Origin: a virus
Taxonomy: Duplodnaviria; Caudoviricetes
Direction: 5' to 3' (one strand)
Virus record (IMG/VR): IMGVR_UViG_3300005259_000074
Coordinates: 64,001-128,000 of that record
DNA: 64,000 bases
Under the pieces are notes generated by a model. That model had not been told where the DNA came from and did no database searches. It saw nothing but the letters and a program-made list of their open reading frames with translations. Below are positions 1 to 8,761 of the stretch, piece by piece; the stretch's first letter is position 1; each line of letters starts with the position of its first letter. Made by a program: the position numbers and the translations under genes.

Positions 1-52
1 TGCTTTCAAAGATGCCGAGGGTTGGTGCTTCATCACGGAGGATTTCTCCTGA

Positions 53-265
53 TCATATCTCGTCCATCTTGTCGATAGCGTCGGCCTCGGCGTGCGCTAG
101 AGAAGATGCGCACATAGTGCGAGCTGGATCACCGCGGTGGATGAAGAAAGACACACACTTACCGTCTTTGATGTCAGGTTGGAAGAACTCGCAATCTCTT
201 CCGTCAGGAGATTCGCAGAAATAGCGGTAGAATCCCCAAGATCGTTTTTTGACGCACGCAGTCAT
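53..265 (-). CDS. Cys-rich miniprotein, acidic-hydrophobic C-tail family
   Basis: C..CEFF..C..C pattern, ends KMDEI; overlap-coupled to 262..465. Confidence 0.85.
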   Translation of the reverse strand: MTACVKKRSWGFYRYFCESPDGRDCEFFQPDIKDGKCVSFFIHRGDPARTMCASSLAHAEADAIDKMDEI

Positions 266-465
266 AATTCCTCTAGTTGTTCTAGCGCTATCATCTCTCT
301 GTTGTTGCAGATCTCCCCGTCACATGAAAAATACGTGCACACCGGATAATCGAGGTCTCTGTTGGGTTTGTACCCGGTACAGTTGCGAGCTCGCCCTCTG
401 ATGAGACACTTCCACTCACCTAATTGTGGGTATGCGTAAAAGAATATCTCCGCGTAGTCTTTCAT
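262..465 (-). CDS. Cys-rich miniprotein, C-tail family
   Basis: ends QLEEL; 4-nt overlaps on both sides. Confidence 0.85.
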   Translation of the reverse strand: MKDYAEIFFYAYPQLGEWKCLIRGRARNCTGYKPNRDLDYPVCTYFSCDGEICNNREMIALEQLEEL

Positions 466-710
466 ATCGCCTCCAGACGAGACAACACGTCACAGTCGCG
501 GTGCGCTTTTCCCGATAGACAGTGCATTATGTCTGGGTTGTACCCGCACTCGTAAAAAGAAGGGCGAAGTCGGGAGTGGAACACCCTCCCAGGTTCGAAG
601 TACTTACACCGTTCTTGGCCACTCGCTAGACCACAGAGGTATTCGCCGTCGTATTTCCTGCAGTAGTTTGTTGATTTAGTGCTCGTGTTGTCCACAGTGG
701 CCTCCATCAC
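462..710 (-). CDS. Cys-rich miniprotein, C-tail family
   Basis: NYC..C..CKYF..C..C, ends RLEAI. Confidence 0.85.
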   Translation of the reverse strand: MMEATVDNTSTKSTNYCRKYDGEYLCGLASGQERCKYFEPGRVFHSRLRPSFYECGYNPDIMHCLSGKAHRDCDVLSRLEAI

Positions 711-722
711 GTTTAGATTCGA

Positions 723-956
723 TCATATGCCCTCTATCTTCATGAGTAGTCTAGCGTCCGGTGATACACACTCGTACTTACCAAACAACGGTTCATACAC
801 AGCATTGGCGCATATATCCAGATCTTCATTCTGTCGTAAGAAACCGGAGCACTGTCTCATAGTCTTGTACCGAGGAGAACACACTCCGACACTAGAAATT
901 CCGCCACACAATATTGTGCTACCACCATCTGAGTACATTAGACACTCATTCATCAT
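723..956 (-). CDS. Cys-rich miniprotein, C-tail family
   Basis: NEC..C..C..C, ends KIEGI. Confidence 0.85.
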   Translation of the reverse strand: MMNECLMYSDGGSTILCGGISSVGVCSPRYKTMRQCSGFLRQNEDLDICANAVYEPLFGKYECVSPDARLLMKIEGI

Positions 957-970
957 TACATCATCCTAGT

Positions 971-1936
971 TCACAAGTTGTCGATGCTAGAGTAGATACC
1001 GATGTCGAGGATATTTCTCAAGCAGGGGTCACACAGAGCCGCTTCCATGGGCATCCTGTGGGTCTCCTTGTCTTCGAAGAACTCAGTCAAGTCTTTTGGA
1101 GCGCCGCACATGAAGCATGTTGGAATCGGATCTACTATGATCCTCTCTTTCATCTCTTGACACAGAGTCTGCAAACTTTTCTCATACAAGCGTTCAAAAG
1201 TAGACACGCCACTGAACATCTTGTGACCGATGTCTTTCTTCTTAAAAACGCACATTTTACAGTACTTATCGTCTCCACCGCATATTCTGTCTATCAAATG
1301 GCACGGAGTCGTCTGCTGTATCACGCTGGAACTGAGAGCTATGTGATCCTTCTTCGTCTTTGCAAATGGCTGCAACACTGGAAAACACGCTTCGCAGAAC
1401 CTCTGATAGCTGGCTCCGGCGAACTTGAACTCAGCTTGATCGTCCCAACACGATTTCTTTCTATGACAGTTCTCCCATTTATCATACTGAGTCCGCTCTA
1501 CTAGCCCCCTAAGCACCTTTGACATCGACACATCGGCAAATGGAATGCCCGACATGTTGAAGCTCTCTCCGTCGAATTCTATCTGGAGTTTGTCCCTTCC
1601 AGTGCGACGGACTCCTTTGACACCCCGGTCCTGGTCTGAGAAATGGTCATTCATGCTTGCGTTGCAAGCTACGACATCACCGACTTTCGCTATGCGCGTG
1701 TTACAACCACTGGAAGGAAAGCAGAAGTTGTTCGCCGACAACGACAGTGCGATATTGGCGTCTATGGGAAGATCGAACATGTCGTTTATCGCGTCTAAGA
1801 ACTGTAGTTCTTCGTCAGATATGGGATTACGAGACAAGATGAGCTCTGCAGCTAAAGCTGGCATGCTCCTACTGCCCAAGTCTACTACGAATGACGTCGT
1901 AGAGCTGTTGCTGACGAATCCTCTCCTCGTCTTCAT
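971..1936 (-). CDS. NSSSSS-leader family protein with Cys-rich C-terminal region
   Basis: start moved to ATG 1936 (ATGA overlap, GGAGGAG SD); MKTRRGFVSNSSTTSFVV; CxxC pairs; ends IDNL. Confidence 0.85.
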   Translation of the reverse strand: MKTRRGFVSNSSTTSFVVDLGSRSMPALAAELILSRNPISDEELQFLDAINDMFDLPIDANIALSLSANNFCFPSSGCNTRIAKVGDVVACNASMNDHFSDQDRGVKGVRRTGRDKLQIEFDGESFNMSGIPFADVSMSKVLRGLVERTQYDKWENCHRKKSCWDDQAEFKFAGASYQRFCEACFPVLQPFAKTKKDHIALSSSVIQQTTPCHLIDRICGGDDKYCKMCVFKKKDIGHKMFSGVSTFERLYEKSLQTLCQEMKERIIVDPIPTCFMCGAPKDLTEFFEDKETHRMPMEAALCDPCLRNILDIGIYSSIDNL

Positions 1937-2145
1937 ATCTCCTCCAGGTTCTGAGTCAGTATCGCATCGTAGTTGAGACATTTCTGATCTAACGAAAAAT
2001 CGTCATCTGTTATCTGTCCTGTCTTAAAATTTGAGGAAAAGATGCAAGCGTACATGACGTTCTTCGGGCATTGCTGTGGGCATGGCATCGACATTATATC
2101 GTGATAACAACGATATTCTCCACTGTCGTCTTTCCTGCAGTGCAT
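1933..2145 (-). CDS. Cys-rich miniprotein, C-tail family
   Basis: ends NLEEI. Confidence 0.85.
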   Translation of the reverse strand: MHCRKDDSGEYRCYHDIMSMPCPQQCPKNVMYACIFSSNFKTGQITDDDFSLDQKCLNYDAILTQNLEEI

Positions 2146-2146
2146 T

Positions 2147-2395
2147 CTATATCCCCTCCATCTTCATATCGGCCAACCTATCTGCGACAGCTTCGGGACA
2201 CCTGCCCCCGTGGAACTCAGCTCGGATGTCTTCGTACATACAGGTACCTACCAGAGCCGCTGATTCTTTGAAGTTCGCGCACTTTCGCTGGTAGTCGCGG
2301 CGATCTAAGCAATAATACCCTCCGCAGATCCACTTAGACCAAGCAAACTTCGACCTGGTGTTCTCCCTGCATAAGTTAGATTTGACACCGCTCAT
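2147..2395 (-). CDS. Cys-rich miniprotein, C-tail family
   Basis: NLC.., ends KMEGI. Confidence 0.85.
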   Translation of the reverse strand: MSGVKSNLCRENTRSKFAWSKWICGGYYCLDRRDYQRKCANFKESAALVGTCMYEDIRAEFHGGRCPEAVADRLADMKMEGI

Positions 2396-2649
2396 ATGTT
2401 GTCCAGTTTCATCTCTATTTCCGCGTCTTCAAGGGCCGCTTTGCACACGCACACTCTCATGCCGAACCACTCGCGAGGTCCTTGATGGGAGAATCTGCAC
2501 TTATCGTATTCTCCCTCGCGCGGTTTGAAGAACTCACACGCTGACACATCGATATACTCACCAGATCCTCTCATTTGGGTCCCAGGACTCTGGCACATCC
2601 CGTACATTCCCTCGTCATTCCGGTGTATCCAGCATAAGTTAGTCATCAT
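2392..2649 (-). CDS. Cys-rich miniprotein, C-tail family
   Basis: NLC..CEFF..CVC, ends KLDNI. Confidence 0.85.
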   Translation of the reverse strand: MMTNLCWIHRNDEGMYGMCQSPGTQMRGSGEYIDVSACEFFKPREGEYDKCRFSHQGPREWFGMRVCVCKAALEDAEIEMKLDNI

Positions 2650-2903
2650 ATCTCCTCCAACTTCGATGCGATATAACTGTCGGCCCTCGCTTCTTTAGAA
2701 TTGCAGTATGCGTACCCTCTCATGTAGTACGCGCAGATATTCTCCTTACCTTCTAGAGATGCGTAGACACACGCTTGGAACTCCCTGACTGGACCTCTTA
2801 GGTGCGAATCCGCGGCATAGTATTCCTTTTTGTACTTAGCAGTGCAGGAATAAGAGTCCGCACCATATCTATCATCATTAAACTTACAGTAGTTAGACTT
2901 CAT
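2646..2903 (-). CDS. Cys-rich miniprotein, C-tail family
   Basis: start moved to MKSNYCK (ATGA overlap); ends KLEEI. Confidence 0.85.
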   Translation of the reverse strand: MKSNYCKFNDDRYGADSYSCTAKYKKEYYAADSHLRGPVREFQACVYASLEGKENICAYYMRGYAYCNSKEARADSYIASKLEEI

Positions 2904-3154
2904 ACATCCTCCAACTTCGAGATGCTCACTCTGTCCCAGCGCGCTGCCTGACACTCGCAGCGGCAGCTGACAGGATCGTAGTACGTGCACACCCCATAGA
3001 GCTGGGAATCAGTTTCGTAGAAGTCACACGGTTTCTGGATCTTGACTATAGCGCGTTCCATGACGAGGTGGTTCCTGTCTTTCTCGTCGACAAACACGCA
3101 GTAGCACTCGTCTTCTGACTTCACGTACGTGCAAGCGTTGTACTCTTCTCTCAC
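2900..3154 (-). CDS. Cys-rich miniprotein, C-tail family
   Basis: CDFY..C..CRCEC, ends KLEDV. Confidence 0.85.
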   Translation of the reverse strand: MREEYNACTYVKSEDECYCVFVDEKDRNHLVMERAIVKIQKPCDFYETDSQLYGVCTYYDPVSCRCECQAARWDRVSISKLEDV

Positions 3155-3402
3155 AGCTCCTCCATCTTCATTATCACCGCTGCATCAGGATGTTGGCACC
3201 TGCTGTAGTACTCCCGGGAGTTCACATCTGTCTTGTCGATGTGTTCGTGGTGCCCTCTGCGGTAGCGGCATAGCTTGTACTCCTGGTCGGCGAACATTAC
3301 ACCGCTGGATAGGCGGCTGATCTCGAACATCTCGCACTCAGCTTGTGGCCAACCGTGGTCTTTGCACACTGCGATCTCGTCGATGAACTTACACAAGTTC
3401 AT
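3151..3402 (-). CDS. Cys-rich miniprotein, C-tail family
   Basis: start moved to MNLCK; ends KMEEL. Confidence 0.85.
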   Translation of the reverse strand: MNLCKFIDEIAVCKDHGWPQAECEMFEISRLSSGVMFADQEYKLCRYRRGHHEHIDKTDVNSREYYSRCQHPDAAVIMKMEEL

Positions 3403-3611
3403 AAGTCCTCTATCTTCTCTGTTATTTTCAAGTCTTCCCAAGCTTCTACGCTGATACAAGTGGCTGGACACTTCCGATGTCGGCAGTCGAACCACTTTCC
3501 ATCCGCCCTGTCGAAGTACTTACACATGCTCATGAGTTCCCACGCAGTGCAGGTGTACTTGCGTTCGATTTCGTGTCTGGCGCAGAAGTTGACTTTGATT
3601 TCTTCGTTCAT
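3399..3611 (-). CDS. Cys-rich miniprotein, C-tail family
   Basis: start moved to MNEEIKVNFC; ends KIEDL. Confidence 0.85.
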   Translation of the reverse strand: MNEEIKVNFCARHEIERKYTCTAWELMSMCKYFDRADGKWFDCRHRKCPATCISVEAWEDLKITEKIEDL

Positions 3612-3892
3612 ATCTTCTCGATGGCTCTGGTCAGCAGTTCGTCCGTCATCGCGTCTCCGTTCAGACATATGACGTACCCGATGTCCCTCGCGTAAGAGTA
3701 GATGCAATCCTTAGAGCAGTTCTTTCCTTTCATGAATGCGCTGTATTTGCAGTATCTGTCTGGAGGCATCCCGGTGCTGTAATGGTCTTCGTATTCTTCG
3801 ACGGAGATGTTCCTACCGACACACATGAACTCATCGTCGACTGAGACGCACAAGTTGTCTCCTCTGCTGTAAGGATTTGACCTCATGTTCAT
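3608..3892 (-). CDS. Cys-rich miniprotein, C-tail family
   Basis: NLC..CKYS..C, ends AIEKI. Confidence 0.85.
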   Translation of the reverse strand: MNMRSNPYSRGDNLCVSVDDEFMCVGRNISVEEYEDHYSTGMPPDRYCKYSAFMKGKNCSKDCIYSYARDIGYVICLNGDAMTDELLTRAIEKI

Positions 3893-4104
3893 AATTCCTC
3901 TAGTTTCTCAGCAAGTAATGCATCTGTATGTGCATCTTCACAAATACATGTAAAGAAACTGTTGTACATGCACGATGAATTCCACAATCTTCGTTTGAAA
4001 TAAGTACAATCTCGCTGTTCATCAGTGTACTCACAAGAGAACCTCAAACTATACTCTCGTGGTACCATCATCAAACGAATTAACTTGCACTTGTTCTCCT
4101 TCAT
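3889..4104 (-). CDS. Cys-rich miniprotein, C-tail family
   Basis: MKENKC..CTYF..CIC, ends KLEEL. Confidence 0.88.
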   Translation of the reverse strand: MKENKCKLIRLMMVPREYSLRFSCEYTDEQRDCTYFKRRLWNSSCMYNSFFTCICEDAHTDALLAEKLEEL

Positions 4105-4310
4105 AACTCTTCTATCTTTGCGTTGACTTCAGCCTCCTCTTGAGCTGTCTTGTGATTGCAGTACTCATCGTATTCTCCGCTGGTGAATTTACACCATCTT
4201 GAAGAACTACTGTCAAAGTACTTGCACTTCCAGTTGATGTCGTCGGTGCAATAGAATCTCTCAGAAGTTTTATTGTAGTTGAGCATCTTCACACACTTGT
4301 TTTCCTTCAT
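4101..4310 (-). CDS. Cys-rich miniprotein, C-tail family
   Basis: start moved to MKENKCVK; ends KIEEL. Confidence 0.88.
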   Translation of the reverse strand: MKENKCVKMLNYNKTSERFYCTDDINWKCKYFDSSSSRWCKFTSGEYDEYCNHKTAQEEAEVNAKIEEL

Positions 4311-4519
4311 AGCCTTTCCATCACCTCCACCGCCTGTGATTCTCGCTGTGCTGAGTAGCTCCTGCAGTACTCGTTGTGCTCTCCATCCGACTCGCGGCAA
4401 CAGTGGCGGTAGTCCCTGTAGTCGGGTGCGTAGTAGTCGCAGGGTTTCCCGCGTAATCGATAGCAGTAGAAATACCACTTTCCATTTACTACGACACTGT
4501 GACATCCATTCTTCTTCAT
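4307..4519 (-). CDS. Cys-rich miniprotein, C-tail family
   Basis: CDYY..CC..C, ends VMERL. Confidence 0.85.
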   Translation of the reverse strand: MKKNGCHSVVVNGKWYFYCYRLRGKPCDYYAPDYRDYRHCCRESDGEHNEYCRSYSAQRESQAVEVMERL

Positions 4520-4737
4520 ATCTTATCTAGTCCTATGCCTATCTTAGCTTCGTCGCACTTACAGAGTCTTCCGACCCCTGTGATGAATAATTTTCCGGCG
4601 TATATGCACATCCCGCGGCACTTTAGCTTCTTGCTCCGGACGTAGTAGTCGCACTCTGTCGCCCGACCTTTCGCGCGAGTCAAGTAATTGGTGCAGTACG
4701 TCCTGCCATCAGTTTCATTCAACCGACACATGTTCAC
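4516..4737 (-). CDS. Cys-rich miniprotein, C-tail family
   Basis: MNMC..CDYY..CKC, ends GLDKI. Confidence 0.85.
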   Translation of the reverse strand: MNMCRLNETDGRTYCTNYLTRAKGRATECDYYVRSKKLKCRGMCIYAGKLFITGVGRLCKCDEAKIGIGLDKI

Positions 4738-4738
4738 G

Positions 4739-4963
4739 TCATATCTCCCACATTCGGACGTCTATCAGCGCTTCTCTGTTGGTACACCTACACGACACTC
4801 TGCTGAGGCGGTCCACCTGTTTGCTGTGGACGCACGCGTTGGGGAATTCCCCATCTTCGCTGAAGTAGCAGCACTCCTTAGGATCAATGAGCATCACCGG
4901 AGCTCCACACATCAGAGATTCATCGTTCATGTTCTTCCACAGGAGACTTCTGACGTCACGCAT
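4739..4963 (-). CDS. Cys-rich miniprotein, C-tail family
   Basis: CCYF..C..CRC, ends RMWEI (variant tail). Confidence 0.8.
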   Translation of the reverse strand: MRDVRSLLWKNMNDESLMCGAPVMLIDPKECCYFSEDGEFPNACVHSKQVDRLSRVSCRCTNREALIDVRMWEI

Positions 4964-4964
4964 G

Positions 4965-5207
4965 TCACAGCCCTCTCATCTTCAGCTCTAACAGTGCTTC
5001 ATCACTAGTGCACATGCGAAAAGGAAGAGTACTATCTATGTTCTTCCCGTACTCGCACACGTTGTCGTAGATCAAATAGTGCCTGTCCATCTCTTCATTA
5101 CAGCATCGCTCGAAGTAATCGCAGGTGGTTTGTTCAACGTTGCTACTGCTGATTATCGCGCCGCACAAGTGAGGACCGTCCTCGTTAGTTGAAAGGCAGT
5201 AGTTCAC
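4965..5207 (-). CDS. Cys-rich miniprotein, C-tail family
   Basis: MNYC..CDYF, ends KMRGL (variant tail). Confidence 0.82.
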   Translation of the reverse strand: MNYCLSTNEDGPHLCGAIISSSNVEQTTCDYFERCCNEEMDRHYLIYDNVCEYGKNIDSTLPFRMCTSDEALLELKMRGL

Positions 5208-5422
5208 AGCTCCTCCATCTGTTTGTCTAATATAGCGTCTTTACAGAAGCAGGTGTAAGTAGTGTTAGAACTTGGGGTCTCGTATCCTTCGTATGCGCAC
5301 TTGCGAGTCCCGTCTTTCCACGATAACATATTGTTGAGTTGGTAGAAATCGCATACTAACCTAGAAGATGTGATCCACCCGCAAGTCGCTTTCCCATTTT
5401 CAGATATGTGACAGTAGTTCAC
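5204..5422 (-). CDS. Cys-rich miniprotein, C-tail family
   Basis: GTG start via GTGA overlap; ends ILDKQMEEL. Confidence 0.85.
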   Translation of the reverse strand: MNYCHISENGKATCGWITSSRLVCDFYQLNNMLSWKDGTRKCAYEGYETPSSNTTYTCFCKDAILDKQMEEL

Positions 5423-5646
5423 AACTCCTCCAGTTTCAGGTCCATCTTCAGCGACGGACAGCAACATACCACAGTAAAATTCGAATAAGGAAGACAAAGC
5501 GCGTACTTACACGGTTGTCTGTGGTTCAACAAGTTGACTCTATTGATGACTTCGCAGTAATCGCAGAGTTCTATGCCGCGAGCGGAGTCGTAGCACCCCG
5601 AAGTACATCGGTACACACCGGCTGACTCGTAGCATGCTATCTTCAT
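5419..5646 (-). CDS. Cys-rich miniprotein, C-tail family
   Basis: start moved to MKIAC; ends KLEEL. Confidence 0.85.
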   Translation of the reverse strand: MKIACYESAGVYRCTSGCYDSARGIELCDYCEVINRVNLLNHRQPCKYALCLPYSNFTVVCCCPSLKMDLKLEEL

Positions 5647-5882
5647 AGTTCCTCCATCGCCCTCTCCAGCTTGGCTTCTACACAAGAACACTGGAAATTC
5701 CTGTTACCGACTTCTTCTGCATGCTTACAAAAATCAGCGACTCGCTTCCTTTCGAAGAACTTGCAGTCCCTTTCTTCTCCGTCGTGAATCGGCAGCGTTG
5801 GTGGGAACCGCTTCAGATCGTAATCGTGGAACACGTGCCTGTGGCATTCCCCACTGGAAGAACACAAGTTGTGCAGTATCAT
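5643..5882 (-). CDS. Cys-rich miniprotein, C-tail family
   Basis: NLC..CKFF..CSC, ends AMEEL. Confidence 0.85.
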   Translation of the reverse strand: MILHNLCSSSGECHRHVFHDYDLKRFPPTLPIHDGEERDCKFFERKRVADFCKHAEEVGNRNFQCSCVEAKLERAMEEL

Positions 5883-6088
5883 AGATCCTCCACTGCGTTG
5901 TCCATCTGAGCGTCTTTACACGAGCAGAACACGTGACACGAGTCACTGGTGTCTGCGTGCACGCAGACTGGCCTCAACATGAAGGTAGAAACACCACCTA
6001 GGTCATCGTAGTACTCGCATTCATGATTCTTCATAGCGAGCAGCATGCAGTAGTACTTTCCATTTATCGCTTTAGAGCAGGCGTTCAT
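5879..6088 (-). CDS. Cys-rich miniprotein, C-tail family
   Basis: start moved to MNACS; ends AVEDL. Confidence 0.85.
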   Translation of the reverse strand: MNACSKAINGKYYCMLLAMKNHECEYYDDLGGVSTFMLRPVCVHADTSDSCHVFCSCKDAQMDNAVEDL

Positions 6089-6375
6089 AGTTCCTCTATG
6101 TTGAATTCGACTGCCGCGCTGAGGATTGCATCGCAACTGCTGCACCTATTCATCATCTTCCAGCCTATGTCGGAAGAGACGTCTACTTCGAAAGCGCACC
6201 CTAAGTAGGTCACGTACTTGATGTGGGTTGAAGATGGTTGTTCTACCGCTTTTTTCCGAGAAAAGGGATCGAATTCACATGGTTGAGATAATATGTTTTT
6301 CGCCATCTCGTGTCGCTTAGTGCAGTAAGCCACTCGCGTGGTGTTTTCGCGCTCTATCTTGCAGTAGTTCATCAT
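6085..6375 (-). CDS. Cys-rich miniprotein, C-tail family
   Basis: NYC..CEF, ends NIEEL. Confidence 0.85.
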   Translation of the reverse strand: MMNYCKIERENTTRVAYCTKRHEMAKNILSQPCEFDPFSRKKAVEQPSSTHIKYVTYLGCAFEVDVSSDIGWKMMNRCSSCDAILSAAVEFNIEEL

Positions 6376-6572
6376 AACTCTTCCATCTGTTTGTCTAGTA
6401 TAGCTTCTTTGCTATTGCACAGAGCAGCCGTACCTCTTAGATTTTCGTACATACACCTCTGTATCATCTTACTGAAGATTTCTCCTGGTTCATAGTATAC
6501 ACACTCACAACTACCTAATATAGTTTGACAGTAATAAGTCTTATCGATCAGAACGCACTTGTTGTCTTTCAC
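6372..6572 (-). CDS. Cys-rich miniprotein, C-tail family
   Basis: MKDNKC..CVYY, ends ILDKQMEEL. Confidence 0.85.
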   Translation of the reverse strand: MKDNKCVLIDKTYYCQTILGSCECVYYEPGEIFSKMIQRCMYENLRGTAALCNSKEAILDKQMEEL

Positions 6573-6775
6573 AACCTCTCCAACGCATATGACAGCTTAG
6601 CTTCTTTCGCCGCTTCTTCGCAATAGCACTGGTGCCCGTGGCAGTGGAGACAGCCGTTCTTGTCATCGCCACGAGACACGAAGTACTTGCACTCCTCTGC
6701 AGCCATGTCAAAGAACTCTGACTTGCGCCAGCACATCTCCCTTTTTACAGAGCACATGTTGATTAAACGTTTCAC
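6569..6775 (-). CDS. Cys-rich miniprotein, C-tail family
   Basis: CKYF..C..CYC, ends ALERL. Confidence 0.85.
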   Translation of the reverse strand: MKRLINMCSVKREMCWRKSEFFDMAAEECKYFVSRGDDKNGCLHCHGHQCYCEEAAKEAKLSYALERL

Positions 6776-6993
6776 AATTCCTCCAGCACGTCGGCAATTG
6801 GGTCTGTTGCAGCGATAGCGACGGGATTTTTACACACTCTAATGTTGGGGTTCGATTTAAGTATCCCGGCGAACTGACACCAAGACTTGTGGGACTTCTT
6901 GAAGAACTTACATCCATCCCACATCGACATTCCAGATAGTGAAACGCACTTCCATCCAGCGACCCGGTCGTACTTACACATGTTAGTCTTCAT
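6772..6993 (-). CDS. Cys-rich miniprotein, C-tail family
   Basis: MKTNMC..CKFF, ends VLEEL. Confidence 0.85.
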   Translation of the reverse strand: MKTNMCKYDRVAGWKCVSLSGMSMWDGCKFFKKSHKSWCQFAGILKSNPNIRVCKNPVAIAATDPIADVLEEL

Positions 6994-7199
6994 ATCTCTT
7001 CAATCTTCGCTGCGGTGATGGCTTCTTCGCAAGTGCACAACTTCATGCGCCTAACTCCAGATAAATTCTCGTATATTAACGTCTTCGTGTGTGCGCACAT
7101 TACCCACCACGTAGTGGGATTCCGATAGTCGCACGCCCCTCGCGAAGTCAGATTGACACACAATGCTCTACCTTCTTCGTCTATTTTACAGTGGTTCAT
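6990..7199 (-). CDS. Cys-rich miniprotein, C-tail family
   Basis: MNHC..CDY..CTC, ends KIEEI. Confidence 0.85.
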   Translation of the reverse strand: MNHCKIDEEGRALCVNLTSRGACDYRNPTTWWVMCAHTKTLIYENLSGVRRMKLCTCEEAITAAKIEEI

Positions 7200-7588
7200 A
7201 TGTCTTTTATCTTAGCTTCGAGACACGCCGGCTCACAACGACACACATAACCGCTAGATATCTGTACGCTAAACTTGCACTTCTCCAGACTCATGTCTGA
7301 GTACTCACACTGACTCATCGAGTAGAAACCAGTCCCAAGACACACGAACGCGTCTCCAGCAGCTTCGCAGAGGGTGTAATCGCACTTGTGCTCTTCTTCA
7401 GAGAACTTTATGGCTGTTCCACACTTGCATACGTACCGAGAGTCCCTGTGCCACTCTGCATAAAAGCACTTGTTGCAACCGGTATCTTGCTGCACGTAGT
7501 GGACGCACTCCTTCTGTCCAGCGTCTTTGACACTACAGTAGTTGCCAGTCTCGTTCCTGACGCACAAGTTGTTTGGGAGCTCCAACAA
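7196..7588 (-). CDS. Double-domain Cys-rich protein, C-tail family
   Basis: two tandem Cys units each ending VCxC; one tail KIKDI; TTG start uncertain. Confidence 0.8.
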   Translation of the reverse strand: MLELPNNLCVRNETGNYCSVKDAGQKECVHYVQQDTGCNKCFYAEWHRDSRYVCKCGTAIKFSEEEHKCDYTLCEAAGDAFVCLGTGFYSMSQCEYSDMSLEKCKFSVQISSGYVCRCEPACLEAKIKDI

Positions 7589-7609
7589 ATTTCATCCTTC
7601 GTTTACTAT

Positions 7610-7637
7610 AATCTACACCACAATTGACATTTGTAAA
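7610..7637 (-). promoter_or_regulatory. Putative sigma70-type early promoter for the leftward array
   Basis: TTTCCC-TTTACA-16nt-TAGATT, same core as promoters at 18419 and 30040. Confidence 0.55.
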
Positions 7638-7662
7638 GGGAAATCTGAGAAAAATTTCTATT

Positions 7663-7691
7663 TTGACTCCGGCATCCATTTCGCCTAGTAT
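7663..7691 (+). promoter_or_regulatory. Putative sigma70-type promoter for the rightward array
   Basis: TTGACT-17nt-TAGTAT upstream of AGGAGG SD and GTG 7712. Confidence 0.5.
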
Positions 7692-7711
7692 TCTACTGGA
7701 AAGGAGGACTC

Positions 7712-8008
7712 GTGAAGAAGTTATTGTTGACTCCGGAAGAAGACGCCGTGTTAGATGAGGCGTTCACTCGGATAGCTGATGTCCTAGAAGTCGCAGTATG
7801 CTCGTGCGATCCCGAAGTCGAGAGCGACGAGGGTACTCGTAGAAAAATTGATCGAGTGCTCCAATGGTTTGTCGCAGAGGGGTTCTTCTTGGGCTTCATC
7901 TCTCGTGTATTAGAAGAAGAGAGAATTTACGCCAACGGAGTGTATCTAGCACCGATAGAAGTGACTATAATGTTCGAAAGCGGAGCGACAATAGTCGATA
8001 AAATATGA
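7712..8008 (+). CDS. Hypothetical acidic protein with family-like tail
   Basis: strong SD; ends IVDKI; lacks the Cys pattern. Confidence 0.8.
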   Translation: MKKLLLTPEEDAVLDEAFTRIADVLEVAVCSCDPEVESDEGTRRKIDRVLQWFVAEGFFLGFISRVLEEERIYANGVYLAPIEVTIMFESGATIVDKI

Positions 8009-8307
8009 TCATGGGGTTAGACTACATCTACTTAGAACGGGGGAGGGGACCTGCGTACAGCATCTTCGATAAGAAGATGAAGTGTCTTGGTCTCTCAGGT
8101 AAGTCTATCCCAGGGTGCAAGTTCTATGTCAGAAAGAAGAAGCTCATCCCCTTCTTGGTACTCAAACTACTGCAAGTGAAGGAGGAAGATCGGTGCACTC
8201 CTTTCGAAGTGGGTGACCTAGCCGACATCACCTGCGAGTTCCACAGAGAGAAAAACACTTGTGAAAATCCCGAAGTCAAACTGGAGTTTGCCCTAGAAGA
8301 GGTATGA
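8005..8307 (+). CDS. Cys-rich miniprotein, C-tail family
   Basis: CKFY..C..C..C, ends ALEEV. Confidence 0.82.
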   Translation: MIMGLDYIYLERGRGPAYSIFDKKMKCLGLSGKSIPGCKFYVRKKKLIPFLVLKLLQVKEEDRCTPFEVGDLADITCEFHREKNTCENPEVKLEFALEEV

Positions 8308-8540
8308 CTGTGTTGAAAAGTAAGCGCGAGAGCTTGTGTAAGATTGGAGATGGGTACTATTCGTGCAACTTTGAGTTCAGATTCTTTGACGACTGCGTCC
8401 ACTTTGAACATCTCGACAAAAGGCACATTCCAGGCGTCTGTAAATTCTTTAGGTCAGTCGTAGACACTAACACTATGAAGCTGAGATGCATATGCTCGTG
8501 TCTCGAAGCGGCGGCCGCCGCTGAATTGGAGAACTTGTGA
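8304..8540 (+). CDS. Cys-rich miniprotein, C-tail family
   Basis: CVHF..CKFF..CICSC, ends ELENL. Confidence 0.85.
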   Translation: MTVLKSKRESLCKIGDGYYSCNFEFRFFDDCVHFEHLDKRHIPGVCKFFRSVVDTNTMKLRCICSCLEAAAAAELENL

Positions 8541-8761
8541 GCGAGAACTTCTGCCGGCTCAGAGAGACAGGATACGAGTGTGTTGGCTGTGCTGTCTACA
8601 ACAATGGTGGGTTAGGTTGCACATTCAGGAAATCCGCACTTGGGTCGCAGTGTTCATTCGTCCGAGTTGATGTCGTCGAGCTGTCAGAATGCAAACATGT
8701 CATGTTCTACCACTGCGGGAGTAGAGACGCTCAGATCGAAGCTAAACTCGAGGAAGTCTGA
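8537..8761 (+). CDS. Cys-rich miniprotein, C-tail family
   Basis: NFC.., ends KLEEV. Confidence 0.85.
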   Translation: MSENFCRLRETGYECVGCAVYNNGGLGCTFRKSALGSQCSFVRVDVVELSECKHVMFYHCGSRDAQIEAKLEEV

